Of a stretch of DNA of 64,000 nt, positions 24,763-38,149 are shown one piece after another; within the stretch, counting starts at the first letter, position 1; each line of letters opens with the position of its first letter. The stretch is taken from the NCBI RefSeq assembly GCF_009914755.1, contig NC_060932.1. One strand, given 5' to 3'. The DNA comes from the human T2T-CHM13v2.0 reference genome, Homo sapiens. A program made the translations under genes and the position numbers. Below the pieces are notes generated by a model. It was not told the origin of the DNA, made no database searches, and worked only from the letters and a program-made list of their open reading frames with translations.

Positions 24763-25872
24763 GATGTTCCATGATTCCCAAATTTGCCTGGATTCATTCA
24801 TTTTTGCCCAGGCATACATGGAAGCCAGCCATGAACACATAACAAAACATGCATTTATCCCATGCTTCTAGGGAACAAAAGCTTTGCTCCAATACTCTCC
24901 TAACCTGCCACCTTCTCGGTCTTCTCAGACTATGGAACAAGAAACAGCATTCCTTTAGCTCCCAAGTCTTATGCATTGTATTTTTTTAATAATGTGCAAT
25001 TGATTCAGTGCCTGTGAACTTCCTCTAAACATCCAAACCACTTAGGATCATTAAGATGCTTTCAGAATGCAGAGAATGTATCCCTCAAGTACTCTTTTCC
25101 ACTTGCTGTATATTGAAAGTTGCCTCTGTCTCACCCAGTCTGGGTGTCAGCTCATGGCTCATTACTGTAAATTACTAACATTAGAAATGGTGAATCACCA
25201 AGATGAATTGTGGAAAATGTACACAAGAGGAATTACCAGGCCATGCGCTTGTGGGGTGTGCTAGGTGTTATTGTAGGAAAACAAGATGCAAGAGTTGTGA
25301 AGATATTAATTTACTATATCAATAATCATATTGCTGTGCAGGAATATAGAATGTAATTTTTAAAAGCAGCAACTACTATTCTGGTTTCTTTAACTGAAGC
25401 CACCCACTTCTGAGACATGGCTCAGCTTTGACAATGGATTGAACATGGCAGGAATGACAGCAGGGGGTTGAGGCTGGCTGGCCAGAGGTAGGAATAACAC
25501 TTGACCATGTTGAACGGAGTCCACTGCCTTGGGCCCCTCATTTGGGGTATCCTCAGTCTGTTGTCGTAAATGACAGAGAACCAGGGACTCGGGGAAACAG
25601 AATAGTCAGGAGGCCTAACGTAAGTCTAGAGAGTAAGTTTAAAAATAATGAGTACGGTCTCCATAAGTCATACAAGGAAATCAAGTATATTATATTTATG
25701 AATAATATATTTCATTATCCTGTGGTAGGACTAGCTTAACTTCTACACACATGCCTTAGACTTACTAAATCTTTCCAAGTTGCCTTCCTTGAGGTTTATC
25801 ATAACCTAATTTGCCTTTGTAAGAAAAATATTAGGGGGAATAGGTAGTCTCAGAACTACCCTATAAGTAAGT

Positions 25873-26003
25873 CAGTGGCATTTAAACCCTATTGATCCTG
25901 ATCTATAATAAGAAATACATTCAACATCATGACACAGTACAAACAGATAAATATATAAAGAAAGACATACATGTACAAGCTTAATGAAACAATACTTAAC
26001 TTC
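25873..26003. mobile_element. hAT-Charlie-like DNA transposon fragment
   Basis: cagtggcatttaaaccc...aataagaaatacattcaacatcatgacacagtac...aatgaaacaatacttaac. Confidence 0.5.
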
Positions 26004-26571
26004 AATAAATGGTGACTGAAGGAATAAAACAATGAAGAAAGGGTACAATCACACAATGATGTATTATGTAGTCAATAATTATATTTACCTATATTGTTTA
26101 ATAACATGCTACAATGCTCACAACAAAACAATATAATGAAATATAGAGAAATGTTGAAAAACAACAGTGGTATATATAATATGACCCCAATTTTTAATCC
26201 AACACTACCTTGATAAATTCAGACTATTAATGCAATTTTTCTTTAGGATTCAGGACATTCTTAAAGTGAACAGTCCAAATTGTATTTGCTGTCTAGAAAA
26301 CCAACAGAAGTGTAGCTTATCAAGGAAAAAGATGAGAAGCTCCATAAAATTATAAAAAGGAAGCAACAAATTCCTGAAAAATTTAGACCATGTACACAAT
26401 CAATTCATATTGTTCAAAGCATGAGTCCTAATTAATTAGAATAACAGCAGTAACAACTATTAAGTACCTGCATTTGGGAATACTCTTATTGCCTACCAAA
26501 AAGAAAAATAAAACTACACCAATTCATAATTTATGCCATGCAACTAATGAGAAATATTGAGTTACTTTACA

Positions 26572-27145
26572 ATCCATCATTCACCTATCTGAGCACATAA
26601 TATTTTTCAGCCCTATGAAATACCAAGTTCTTTAATAGGGCATGGAGATCCCAAAGATGAATTAGACAGAAATCTTGCCCTTAAGCAGGTCAAAACCTAC
26701 TGGGTGATCCAGGTAGGTAGACACTGACATTGAATGTGATAAGCTCAACACTGAAGTTGTACATAAAGGCTATGAAGACAGTGCAGCTGTAGGTCTTGGG
26801 TAAATGGGAAAAGTTTTCAGAGAGGTTGATTCTAGGCTGTCTTAAAAACTGTGAGGAGGTTGCCAAATAGACAAAGGAGGGAAAGGCATTCCCAGGAGAG
26901 AATAACAGGTTCAAAAGCTTAGAGATGGAAGAGGATGCTTCCAATCTGGGAATCCCAGACATTTTAGTAGAACTAGAATGCAAGATACTAGATCTGTAGA
27001 GAATGGGAAGAGTTGAAGTAAGCAGGGGGAAAAAGTGTCTTAATGCTATTCTAAATAGTTTGGGTTTCATAGCAGAGAGCCCAGAAAATATTTGGGACTG
27101 AGTAGTGACATGATCTCATTTGTGTATCAGAAAGATTATTCTAGG
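26572..27145 (-). mobile_element. L2 3' portion
   Basis: catggagatcccaaagatgaattagacag...cttgcccttaag...gggaaaggcattcccaggagagaataacagg...gagtagtgacatgatctcatttgtgtatcagaaagattattct. Confidence 0.88.
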
Positions 27146-28261
27146 ATGAATTTGGAGGCACTGAGGCTTATTTTGGAGTTGGACTTAGACCTGCAGACAC
27201 TTATCACTGTTAGATGGGCCCTTCCAAGAGAATTTGTAAACAGAGATCTTGCTCTCAGGAAATTTAACATTTAATTCATAGAACCCAAAATCACAGCCTA
27301 CAGAGAAATGCACTTTCTTAAGGTAATGTGTTCTGTTTGCCAGCACTTTGACACAAAGAGAAGTGCTGGCTTCATAGAAATAATTAATCCTCTTTTTCTG
27401 CCACTGGGATAAACAAAGGAAAGAAAGAAATAGATGTTATAAAAAAATAAAATCCAAGGCAGATCAAAGGGGATGTGGCGGAGGATTCAGCAACTGCCAC
27501 CCTTAAGCAAAGAACAGTAATGAAGAAATGAGTTTTGGCAGCCTAGCCAATGGGATATGAAAGAAATTAATCCCGAAGGGATGTAATGACCTGAAAAAAA
27601 TGATGAGCAAAGTCCAGAAGGATTAGAAGAAAGAAAAAGGCAGCAGACAGGTAAGAGCCATTTTCTTCTCTGTCTTGTCTATCTGAAGGATATCAGATAG
27701 TCCTCAGCGATGGGAGCTGTGGAAAAGCAAGCCAAAGAATTGATTTGGCAAAGTCATTTAAATTTCTTATTCTTCTTATTCATTTTTTCTCGTTAAGGCA
27801 AAGAATGGTACTTTAATTTACTGTCATAACACAGGAACTAGCTATTGATAAGATTAACCTTGTTCAATCATGATGAAATTTCAGTAAACTCAGGACACAT
27901 TTTTGGATACTTTGTTTTCCCAGCTAAAGATAAGAGTTGCTCCTAAGACTCAGACCTTTAGTATAATGTACACTGATGGTTTTTATTTTTTTCTTTCCAG
28001 AATGGACTTCAGTGCAACAGGGAATTAAACTGAAATCATTAAATTCTTTCTGCTTAGCACTTTAGAGAAAATTTCTATCAGCCTGCCTAAGGTTAGTGAA
28101 TACTGTAATAATAAATTGTTAATACTGAAGTCTTTGGAATTTATCTGATTTTCAAATGATTTTTTTCACCTCATTAAGTAGAGTCTTATTTTCTCTGAGT
28201 TCTTTGGGTAAGAAACAGAGACAATAATCTTGATGGTCTTAAAGCAAAGGCTCTCAGATAA

Positions 28262-28556
<295 letters not shown>

Positions 28557-29756
28557 TCAGATAAACTTTTGGCCTCAGATAAACTTTTAAATGCCATGGA
28601 AGTTCATAAGGACAGGTCAGAATCTGCAGACAGTTGAGTAATAGCTCCAAAGACTTGGGTTCTTATTTATTAACTGATTTGTGCTTTTTATACACAATTT
28701 GACGTCTGTTTCTTGGGCCTAACGTGACAGTGCTCACCATGGGAAACTGAAACCAGGAATTTAATCTCAAATTTCTGAAGACATTCAGACTTATCCATTG
28801 TTCTATGAATCAGGAATATGTTAACAGAAGTTCTGGTTATTGAAGAATCTTCAGAATGAAAATCAAATTATGAAATCCCCAGGTAATTTGACTTCATGGC
28901 CAGCATTGCATCTCAGAATATTTTTTATAAGGGCTACAAAAGTGTGACTATTAAGCTTTTAAAAAAAATTAAAATATCTTTTCAGTTGTAATATTCCCAC
29001 CATGGGTGAAGTCTGCTGTCTGATTGCTAGAATTTTGGCCGATGCCTTCTTGCACCTCTATGAACCCGACTCCAGCCCCTCCCCTCTAATTACTGCCCAC
29101 AGTGAAGAGAGAATTTCTGCCCACTCCCTGCAAGCCCAGGTAGGGGAGCATTTGCCAAGAAGCCTGCCCTTTACCGCAAGTGTGCAAAGTGGCAACCGCA
29201 GCTGACAACATCCCCAGGGGCCCTGTCTTGTGGTCTGGCCGCAGTGAGAATTTTCTCGGCTTCCTAGGGGAGAGGGCACTGACCCAGCTTTCAGCTGGAG
29301 CCTGCTGCTGGAGAACTAATTACTAGTGTGAAAAAAGCCTGGATTCAGGTCAATGTTTTCTCAAACATTGTTTACATTTGATTTTAAATCCATACAATGG
29401 CAGAATTGACATTTGCAGCTTGCTACCACATTCATTTGTGAGGTTTTATGTTACTTTATTTTTAGGTTGGAAATGTTTGAGGAGGCATTTATCATGAAAG
29501 CCGTGGCCTTTGCTCCTAAAGCTTCGTCTCACAAGTACAATAACAAAAACTGCTAATTAAAAGAGGGAAAACAACCAGGAGTCAAACACAAAGGGGCATC
29601 CCTGCCTCATCAGCACAGAACAATCGACCGGCTCCCTTCACTGCCCATGTGAGGCTCCATGTGAGGAAGCCTGCTCTGCCCTTCCAGGTATGTCCATGTA
29701 AATCTGTCTATGAGCATGAGTGGGAGAAAACACTCTTCTCTTATAAAATAATAATC

Positions 29757-30172
29757 TGAGATAGGCTAGGTTATTCTCAATAACAAAGAAGCCTCAAATC
29801 GCTGTGATTTAAACCAACAACATTTCTTTCTCGCAGTCCCAAAAGCCACTGTGCGTCCAGGTGACTCCAGAGCTACTGCCCCCATAGAGTGACTCAGTCA
29901 CCCAGAGGGTGACTCAGAAATCCAACGGTGGTGCCACCATCACCTGGAGGTACCATCTGGAAAAGTGCCCTCCTTGTTCTATCTGGCAGGAGAAAAAAAT
30001 GCTAGTCTCTCACTAGTAATTCAATGCCTCATACAGGAAGTAATGAATGGCACAGCTTGTTGGCCAAACAAGTCACATGACCCCTACCTAATTGTAAAAG
30101 GACAAAAAAAGCTCATTCTCCTATGAACTTAGATGAAGAGAATCAGATATGGGTGATCACTAAAGGTCTATA
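29757..30172 (-). mobile_element. Old MLT1 (K/L-like) MaLR LTR
   Basis: gataggctaggttattctcaataacaaagaagcctcaaatc...ttggccaaacaagtcacatgacccctacctaattg...cagatatgggtgatcac. Confidence 0.75.
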
Positions 30173-30654
30173 TATAACACCTTATCTATATTTGGTCCTT
30201 ATCAGTTTATATAGCACTTGCATACATTTGAAATAATTGTTTTTTTAAAGAGATATTCTTTCTGTTTTTAAATAAATGTTAACACTCCTCACAGATACCT
30301 CTATTTTCCTTTTCTCATCCCTTTGTGATTTGCATTGTCACGTTGATGCTTGTTCCTACCAAGTATCAGATAAGTCAGTTGAGACAAGAAAGTTTATTTC
30401 ACTGAGAATATTTTGATATTTAACATTGCTCTCAAAAATATATCTTGGTACTCTCTACCACCATGAACTATCACCCAAAAGACAATTTTATAAGCTCTAA
30501 ATTAAAAACAAATAAAATGAGGCTCTGAAACAATAAATATGTTTCAACAGTTGACTAAATTAGAAAGAGTTTGAACTGGAACCATCTGAAATCTCACCCA
30601 GCCCTTTTTCACCACTCACAGCTACTCTAAAATGTAAAAGGGAACACATCAGTT

Positions 30655-30785
30655 CCAGTTTATGGAGAAATTAAACCACAAAATTTTAAGTAACTTGCCC
30701 AGGATCACACAGCTGATTAGCAGCAGAACCAGAATTCAGCCCAGGTATCCTGGCTGTACATCCTACTTTAACCACCATGTTACAC
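30655..30785 (-). mobile_element. MIR fragment
   Basis: ttaagtaacttgcccaggatcacacagctgattagcagcagaaccagaattcagcccagg. Confidence 0.85.
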
Positions 30786-30849
30786 AGCTTCATGTACCAA
30801 AAAAAAAAAAAAATCCAATATTGCTTTCTATTAAAGAGAACATCAAAGA

Positions 30850-32340
30850 ACATGAATCTGGACAGGCAGACAGAGCAGATGTGTTGATGGGCCTTTTGTG
30901 CCAGGCTACGAAGATTTGACTAATACTCCAACCGAAGGGCCAACAAATGTTTTCTGTAAAGGGCCAGGCAGTAAATATTTTAGGTTTTACAGGCCCTATA
31001 ATCTCTTTCACAACTACTCAACTCAGCCATTGCATTAAAGTGGCCATAACAACAAATAAATGAATGAAAGTAGCTGTATTCCGTTAAAGATTTTTTTATA
31101 AAACTGGACAGTAGGCTAGATTTGGCTCATGGACCGTGGTTCTCTCTGCTGTAAGCAATGAGGGTCCTTGAAGAATTCTGACATGATCAAACTGGTGGCA
31201 GATAGTGGTGTTTTGGTGTATGGCTGGTGGGGGGTGAGAATAGAAACAGAAAAACAGTCTATATAAGAAGTAATGGGCGCCAGAATGGAGATAGTAGTGG
31301 TAAAGAAGTAGAAGAAGGCATGGCCAAAAGGTGTCTTGTGCTGGTACAACTGATGAGTTTGTCATTCAATTGGCTGTGTAAGAAGAAGAAGGGGAATATG
31401 TCCAGGAGTACTATGGGCACACAGTATTATTAGGCACCTGTTAGGAAATACAAGAGAGAAAGTAAGGTGAAGAGAGTTGAAGGGTAAAGACATATTTTGG
31501 GATGGAGCAAGTTTAAGATGTCTGGATTGACTTGGCATAGATGCCTATTAGAAACTTGAGTACATATATCTAGAGCATGGAAGAGAAGTCTAGGTGGAAG
31601 ATACAAGCTCAGAGTCAACAGCATAAAAAGGGATTGTAAACTGTTGGAGTTTTGGAGACAGCCCCAGAACTAAAGAAGAGAAAGTGGCTGATGAGAGATT
31701 TATGTTATCAATATTTACATAAATATCAGTATTTAGGGAGGAAAAGACACCTAGAAAGAAGACCAAGAAAAGGCACAAGGAACTCAAGGAAGAAACAAAA
31801 TGAGGAAGGAAAATTTAAGAGGAATGGAGAGATCAGCAGTGTTAAACGTTACAGGGAAAATCAATAAGATGACTGAGAGGGTCCACGGAGGTCGACCACT
31901 ACAAGGTCATTGGCGACATTAGAAAGAAGAGTCACACCAGATTGGAGAGAAAGAATGTCAACTTCAATCAACTGAAGACAAAGATGGAGACAAAGGCGAT
32001 AAGGCAGTATCTCCTTAATTCCAAAGAAGGGACTACAGACACTCAGGTGAGAAGGGTTTGGAGAAGATATAGGAAAGAAAGAGAGAGAAAAACCAATGGA
32101 AAGATTCCTGAGAAGTGCAAGCGGGTGTAATCCAGAACACAAGGAAATGGGCTTACTTCGGGTCTGAGGAGGCAGTGGAGCAGGAGAAATGCTTAGGCAC
32201 GCACAGACACAGACGCTCTGAAGTGGAGAAGCAGAATGGTGAGGAGTTCAAAAGCTGAGGAGCTTCTAGCTCGCCTGTGAATAAGAAGCGGTGTCGCTGG
32301 TGCCTCTATATCTGAAGACCCAAGAAAGGTGGTAGGCAGG
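30850..32340 (-). mobile_element. Long L2 fragment, interrupted by MER58A
   Basis: gggccttttgtgccaggctacgaagatttgac, resuming agcaatgagggtccttgaag...gagcaagtttaagatgtc...ctacaaggtcattggcgacattagaaaga. Confidence 0.8.
30933..31148. mobile_element. MER58A hAT-Charlie MITE
   Basis: ttttctgtaaagggccaggcagtaaatattttagg...caactactcaactcagccattg...ggctagatttggctcatggaccgtgg. Confidence 0.9.
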
Positions 32341-32613
32341 GTTAATTCACAGTGTCAAAGAAGCCACCAACCATTAGTACCTAGAAGTTAAAAAGTCCAA
32401 ATATTTTTGGTAAAAATTTGTGGGTACAGAAAAGGCAGTTGCCACTGCCTTTATAAAAGTTTAGCTAAGGCTCCTTTTAGAATAGTCCCAATAGCCATTT
32501 CTCTCTTTGACATGTGGCTGGCAAGTCCTTCACTACATGTTTCTACTTAGACCAGTTACAGTGCCTGAGATTCCACCATTAGATGGTGTTTCTGTGGAGT
32601 ACCTTGAGGATAA

Positions 32614-32656
32614 GGATTAGTTAACAACTAGTTTAGAGGGATTAGTTAACAACTAG
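32614..32656. repeat. 18-bp direct repeat with a 25-bp period
   Basis: ggattagttaacaactag at 32614-32631 and 32639-32656. Confidence 0.9.
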
Positions 32657-33364
32657 CTGATGGCAAGAAGGGTAGTCTGAGTTTGAGGGTGGCTAGGAAG
32701 TCAAAAGAAAGTGAACTGTACTGAAGTCTAAGTTCACTTCCTCCATGTGGAGACATGTGCTGACCTCGAGCATAGCGCTGTGGTCATGTGTCTGTTTGCA
32801 ACAAACCCCAAAAAAGCATGCATCCTTTGCAGCTATATGATGCCTGTCAAAGTCAAACTCATGAAAGGGAAAAGTAAATACACCTGGGCTTTACTATATG
32901 TTATTTAGGCAAAGATGTTTTTAACAATATCCTGCAAAATAATACAAATGTGGAAGGAGAGATTTATCTCTATGGGCACAGCAGGGCTGAAAGACACAGT
33001 GCAATTGTTTTTAGAGATTAGAAAGACAAGGCAGGCTTGAGAGGAGGAACATTCACGTCAGGAATCTGCTCTAATGGTGGGGTTACTGGGAAGGAGCATT
33101 CTGATTATGGGGTGATGAGGTGGTGAGATGCAGTAGAAGCCTCCCATACAAAACACCTGGGTTGACTAAAAGTGCAGCATTGGCCTGATGCAACACTTCA
33201 CCTAATCTGAAGTGCAGATGGGGAGCAACAATGGACCATCCTGAAATAAAGAACCCTGGCAGAGCTGCAGACCTTTCCTGCCTGATCCGTCAGACACCCT
33301 AGAGTAGACACAATGGATGAAGGCAAATTGCAACAGGCCAGTGGAGGGGTAGCTCAAAGAACCT

Positions 33365-33672
33365 TTTCTTCCTTCCTGTGCCCCAGGTAAATTCTTCTCA
33401 TCTTTAACCCAGTTCCAATGTCAGCCCCTTGTAAAAGTTTCCCTGGTGGTCTTCCTACACTTCAACAGAATTCAATGATCCTACCTCTGTGCTTCCGTTA
33501 AATGACATTTGTGCTGGGAGTTCAGCAGCTCATGCAAGTAGATTGTGAAGGAGTCCTCCTTTCTCAATGGATGCCCAACCCTGCAAAGACAGGCCTGTGC
33601 CTCCTCATTTGGCCTCCTTCCCTCAGTCCCTAATCCCCAGAACAAATGTAATAAATGTGTGTTGAATTGAAA
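33365..33672 (+). mobile_element. L2 3' end
   Basis: aaattcttctcatctttaacccagttccaatgtcag...tagattgtgaag...acaaatgtaataaatgtgtgttgaattgaa. Confidence 0.65.
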
Positions 33673-34220
33673 TACATATGGGAACTTAGCACATTGAGAA
33701 TGTTTTTGAAACTTCAATTTCTTGGCCAATTACACATAAAATTAGGAAAGTGGCTGAATGACAAATATTAAACTCTGAATCCTCTTCAAAATGTATAATA
33801 ATGTGTGAAGCAGCAGGAATCTTTATTCTCTCCCTCTAAAAATATAATTATAGAGCAAGAAATGACTGGAAGAATCATTTGCTCCATTCTCCTCTGCCTC
33901 CAAGTAGGTTATATTAAATTATCCAAGACAGATGAAAATCTATTCTTCTTTTTTTATTTCAAAGAAAGAGATTATAATTCTACCATTCTAGTATAAAAAA
34001 GGGCCTCAGCAAAGCACTTCATTCTGACTTCTTCTCTAAAGCCCACATGGTACATTTTAAGTTGAGATAGAACCAGCTAGAGAAGACTTCTTTTGTCATA
34101 ATTTTATAAATTATAAGTACACATATCTATATATAATATGGATATAATAGATATATAATATAGCTATATATTTTATATGTGTGTGTTAATGTGTATTTAT
34201 AGAGAGAATTTGTTCTATTT

Positions 34221-34325
34221 TTTTTTTTTTATTTTAAGTTCCAGGATACATGTGCAGAACGTGCAGGTTTGTTACATAAGTAAACGTGTGCCACTGTGGT
34301 TTGATGCACCTATCAACTCGTCATG
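34221..34325 (-). mobile_element. 5'-truncated L1PA 3' end (~105 bp)
   Basis: Poly(T), then attttaagttccaggatacatgtgcagaacgtgcaggtttgttacata...gcacctatcaactcgtcat; TSD gttctattt at 34212-34220 and 34326-34334. Confidence 0.93.
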
Positions 34326-34409
34326 GTTCTATTTAAATTTGAAACTTTCTTTTGTTATAATTTTACAAATGATACATTTATATATAACAGATATATAATA
34401 CAAAATTAT

Positions 34410-34413
<4 letters not shown>

Positions 34414-34449
<36 letters not shown>

Positions 34450-34462
34450 TGTGTGTGTGTGT
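34414..34462. repeat. (TG)n microsatellite
   Basis: About 24 TG units with one TA interruption. Confidence 0.97.
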
Positions 34463-35164
34463 ACAGGGGAGTGAGAGAGAGAACTGACTCAAATTTGAAA
34501 TTTCTGAAATGCTTAAGTAAGAAATTTCTTTACTTGAAATATCAAACTCTAGGAATTTCTAGTCTTGATCAAATCCGGCTTTAGACAGGCAACATGCTGG
34601 TAAAAAGACACACTAAGACGGCTCTTTAAGTCATTATATACACAACAGTCATTCCTAACTCACACTTCCCTGTGTCTGAAGTTTTAAGGTGGGGGAACAT
34701 ATACATTTATTCTTTTTGTTGTCATGAGGATTTTAGATCTGAATTTTTAGTCATCAGTAATCATTCCTATTAACAAATAGAAGAAAAGAACTGAGGGTTG
34801 GGTAGTGAACAGAATAGTGGAGTATGGATTGAGGTTGTTTCAGTGAAATCTTGAGTGATTCAGAGAACCAAGGAAAGGCCAACAAGACAGTCCTGCGTTA
34901 ATGGATGAAGGAGCGGTCAGGTGGGACACCATCAGGAAACCCAGGCCACATTCCAGCCTGGGAACCTGGAGGGCTCTCTGCGGACCACCCACCTAGTTAC
35001 TCCAAGGAGGTTATGTACAGGCTCTCAGTCTACTCCATGTCTTTATTTCTGGGACTACAGTCATATTTCAGGAATGGACTTTCATAACTTGGAGTGAAAA
35101 CAAAACAGAGAGGCATTGGATATTTGGAAAGAGGAAAAAAGGAAAACAAGACGTTTATTAGGAT

Positions 35165-35372
35165 AAAATGCAACATGATAGATTTTAGAGTAGTTTCCAG
35201 GGTCAGCTGGGTTTAGATCCCAGTTCTGCCATTTATGTGTGAATTGGACAAGTCATTTTTGTTTTTGTCATCCATAAAGTGGGGACAAAGTTATCTTTCT
35301 TACAGAATCTTATGAAGATTTAATAAAATATATCTGGAATATAGCCTGTGCTCAATTAGTGGTAGTTATATT
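35165..35372 (+). mobile_element. MIR
   Basis: ctgggtttagatcccagttctgccatttatgtgtgaattggacaagtca...tcatccataaagtggggaca...gctcaattagtggtagtta. Confidence 0.8.
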
Positions 35373-35624
35373 ATTTGTAACAAAGAAAAACACATTTATC
35401 ATATTAAAACTGGGGAGACAGATCCTGAAGGAGATAAACAATAAGTAACCTAATTATTAGAACATTACTACTGAATAACAATATGTAAAACAGCATTGAC
35501 TTAATGTGTTTCACTGTTATATTTCAGTAGAAGTGAAAAATTAGATTTAAGGTTTTCCTTAACTTTACTTGCTTCCTTCTCTATAAGATATTGTTTGCCT
35601 CAAATTTGACTTTTACAGTGAAGG

Positions 35625-35990
35625 TGTATTCAATAGAGTAATACCCACCCAGATCCACCCTTGTGAGACTCAATGCCCATTCCCCCAGCTGCAAGACACT
35701 GGCACGTTTGCAGCTAAGGGCTCCCAACTGAGTCCCTCCCCAGGAGAGAACTGCCGTCAGCCAAACAGAGGTGACTTGCCTAAAATCATCCTCCTCCCTA
35801 GGGCAGCCCACCCCTAGCACTGTTTGATGGTGGGTTACCAAGACCCAGCCCCTGGTCTCCACTGGGGACAACTCTGAAGAGTTTCCCATGGGGCCAGTGG
35901 AGGCCTTGCTGCAGCAGGATCAGTTCTCTTTGCCCCCTCCTGCTTCCTTTACTCCCACAGGGGCTTCCTTTACTCCTACTTCTCCACAGA
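35625..35990 (+). mobile_element. LTR16-family (ERVL) LTR
   Basis: cccacccagatccaccctt...cccattcccccagctgc...gagaactgccgtcagccaaa...ccctagggcagcccc...ggggacaactctgaag...tcctgcttcctttactcc. Confidence 0.8.
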
Positions 35991-36071
35991 GATAAGACAG
36001 AAGAATGTGGGGAAGGAATGAGTGCCCAGCATGCTGCCGAGGCTAGTGATGATATCAAAAAATTCCCTGGA

Positions 36072-36342
36072 GGGAGTTTGAGACCAGCTTGGGCAACAAA
36101 GCAAAACCCCATCTCTACATACATACATACACACATACATACATACATACATACATACATACATACATACGTACAAATTAGCTGGATGTAGTGGTGCGAG
36201 CCTGTAGTGCCAGCTACCCAGGAGGCTGAGAGGCAGGAGGATTGCTTCCGCTGAGGAGTTCAGGGCTGCAGTGAGCTATGATTGAGTTATGATTGTGGAC
36301 AACAGAGCAAGAACCTCCAAAGAATCTCTTAAAAAAAACAAA
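36072..36342 (+). mobile_element. 5'-truncated AluJ whose middle A-tract has become an (ACAT)n microsatellite
   Basis: gagtttgagaccagcttgggcaaca...ccccatctct, then (acat)n at ~36116-36174, then aaattagctgg...ggctgcagtgagctatgatt. Confidence 0.92.
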
Positions 36343-37663
36343 GGGTTTTTCTTTTTAAAGAATGAAAACACCCTGAAGGAACTGGAGTGGGGCTGGGAAG
36401 AGAGTGTCCAAGGATGAGATGCGGAGTGGTTTGACAGGGATATGGAAAAGCCCAGAATCAGGGAAAGACCACAAAATATGACAACTTGACAGCAGAATTG
36501 CATACCGAAAGAACACAGGCCCCAGAGGCAGCCCCACCTGGCTCCTCCATGTTGATGGGATGAAATGCTGGCCTTACATGGGTCATCACTATTCTAACAC
36601 CCTATTTAACCAGTTTTCTTCTTTGGAAGTTTCTTCTCAACTCTAAACTAGAAATCAAAGAGAAGACGGAATGAAATTGTCTTTACAGGCTTTTTCCCCC
36701 TGGGCCAAAGCAATTCCATAACAACAATACTTAGTTACCCTGCAGCTTTCTCTTCTTCGGACAAGAAAAGCTGTTTGTTTTGACCTCTACAGCTTGTCAA
36801 ACCACTCATTTTATTCCAAGTTTTATATTGTAGCAAATACTTATAAGGCATTTTTAAACTTTGCAAATTCTGGTTTACATCTTAAAGAGTGTAAATATGC
36901 TGTGCCACCAATTCTGTGCTATTTAAAAGGGCAGATTTTATACTTTACTGTGAAGCTACTTGCCAGGTGTGCTGTAAACATGAATGTCTGAGAGTTTCCT
37001 GGCTGGGCCTTCATAATTTGGGGTTTATTGAGCATTTTATTATTTCTAGCTAATAGTAGTGTTCTGTTTCTGGTTGTGCTTAGAGTTGCTGGTGAGTTCA
37101 ATAAACCCAGGTTCCTTCTGCTAGAAGTTGGTGTTAGGTCCCACCTGGCAGTTCTGGGGTTCTTTCTGTGAAAAATTTGAATAAAGGCTTTTGTTTCCCC
37201 CTTTGCAAGAGGTGAGACATGTTTTTCTTCCTTCTCCTCACTCCATCACAAGGGCTTTTAAGTTATTAAGAAATCATCAGCATGTGTATTATTCAACAGC
37301 TGTGACAGATCATTCTCCCATCAATTAATGTCACTGAAGGGACTATTAGAAACCACTGGGGGTTGGAGAGGGAGGAGAAGGACTCTTCTTGGAACCACTG
37401 CTACCTGTGTCTGAGAGGGCAGATCAGAGACAATATATAGGCCACCTGCCCTCCCTCTCTCCAAGGTTCAGGGTGGAGCTATGAGGGCTTCACTTCAGTC
37501 TAGAGCCTGGATATGGGTGCAACTGGCTTGTTCTCCACCTCAGGTCCTTCCAGCCTGGACCTGGCTCCTGCTCCTTGCACCAACCACAGTCAGAGAAAGG
37601 AGTAGATGAAACAGCTGGCCACTCATTAGCAAGTCCACACCCACTGAAATGTGGGCAAGCATG

Positions 37664-38059
37664 TGTATTTGTTTGCTAGGGTTGCTATAACAAAGTACTA
37701 CAAACAGGGTGGCTTCAGCAACAGATGTTTCTCCTCTCACCATTCTAGAGGCCAGAAGGGCCATGCTCCCTCTGAAGGTTTTGGGGGAGGGTCTGTTCCA
37801 GGCCTCTGTCCCTTCTAGGAGCCCTGGCTTGTAAATGGCCATCTTCTTCCTGTGTTTCTTCACATTGTGATTCCTCTGTGTCCAAATTTCTGCTTTTACT
37901 AAGGACACCGAGTTAGATTAGTACCCACACTGATGACCTAGTTTTAACTTGCCTAGCCCTGTCAAGACCCTATTTCCAAACAAGGTCTCATTCTGAAGTA
38001 CTGGGGGTTAGGACTTCAACATACCTTTTTGAGGAGACACAATTCAACCCATAGTAACA
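37664..38059 (-). mobile_element. MLT1B/MLT1A-like MaLR solo LTR
   Basis: tgtatttgtttgctagggttgctataacaaagtactac...gggccatgctccctctgaagg...aagaccctatttccaaacaaggtc...ggggttaggacttcaacata...cacaattcaacccat. Confidence 0.92.
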
Positions 38060-38149
38060 GGCAGTGTTCTGGCTCTGATAATTGGATGGTTGGCTTTCCA
38101 TGGAGAAAATTCTTTCAAAATTGAGATAAAGCCAAGAAATTCTTCAAAC

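Noticed and set aside
26690-27070. 126-aa ORF
   Set aside because: It lies within a decayed L2 and has no recognisable domain; a chance open frame.
35581-36176. ORFs with MYVC repeats and LTR16-derived ORFs
   Set aside because: Translations of an (ACAT)n microsatellite in an Alu and of LTR sequence.
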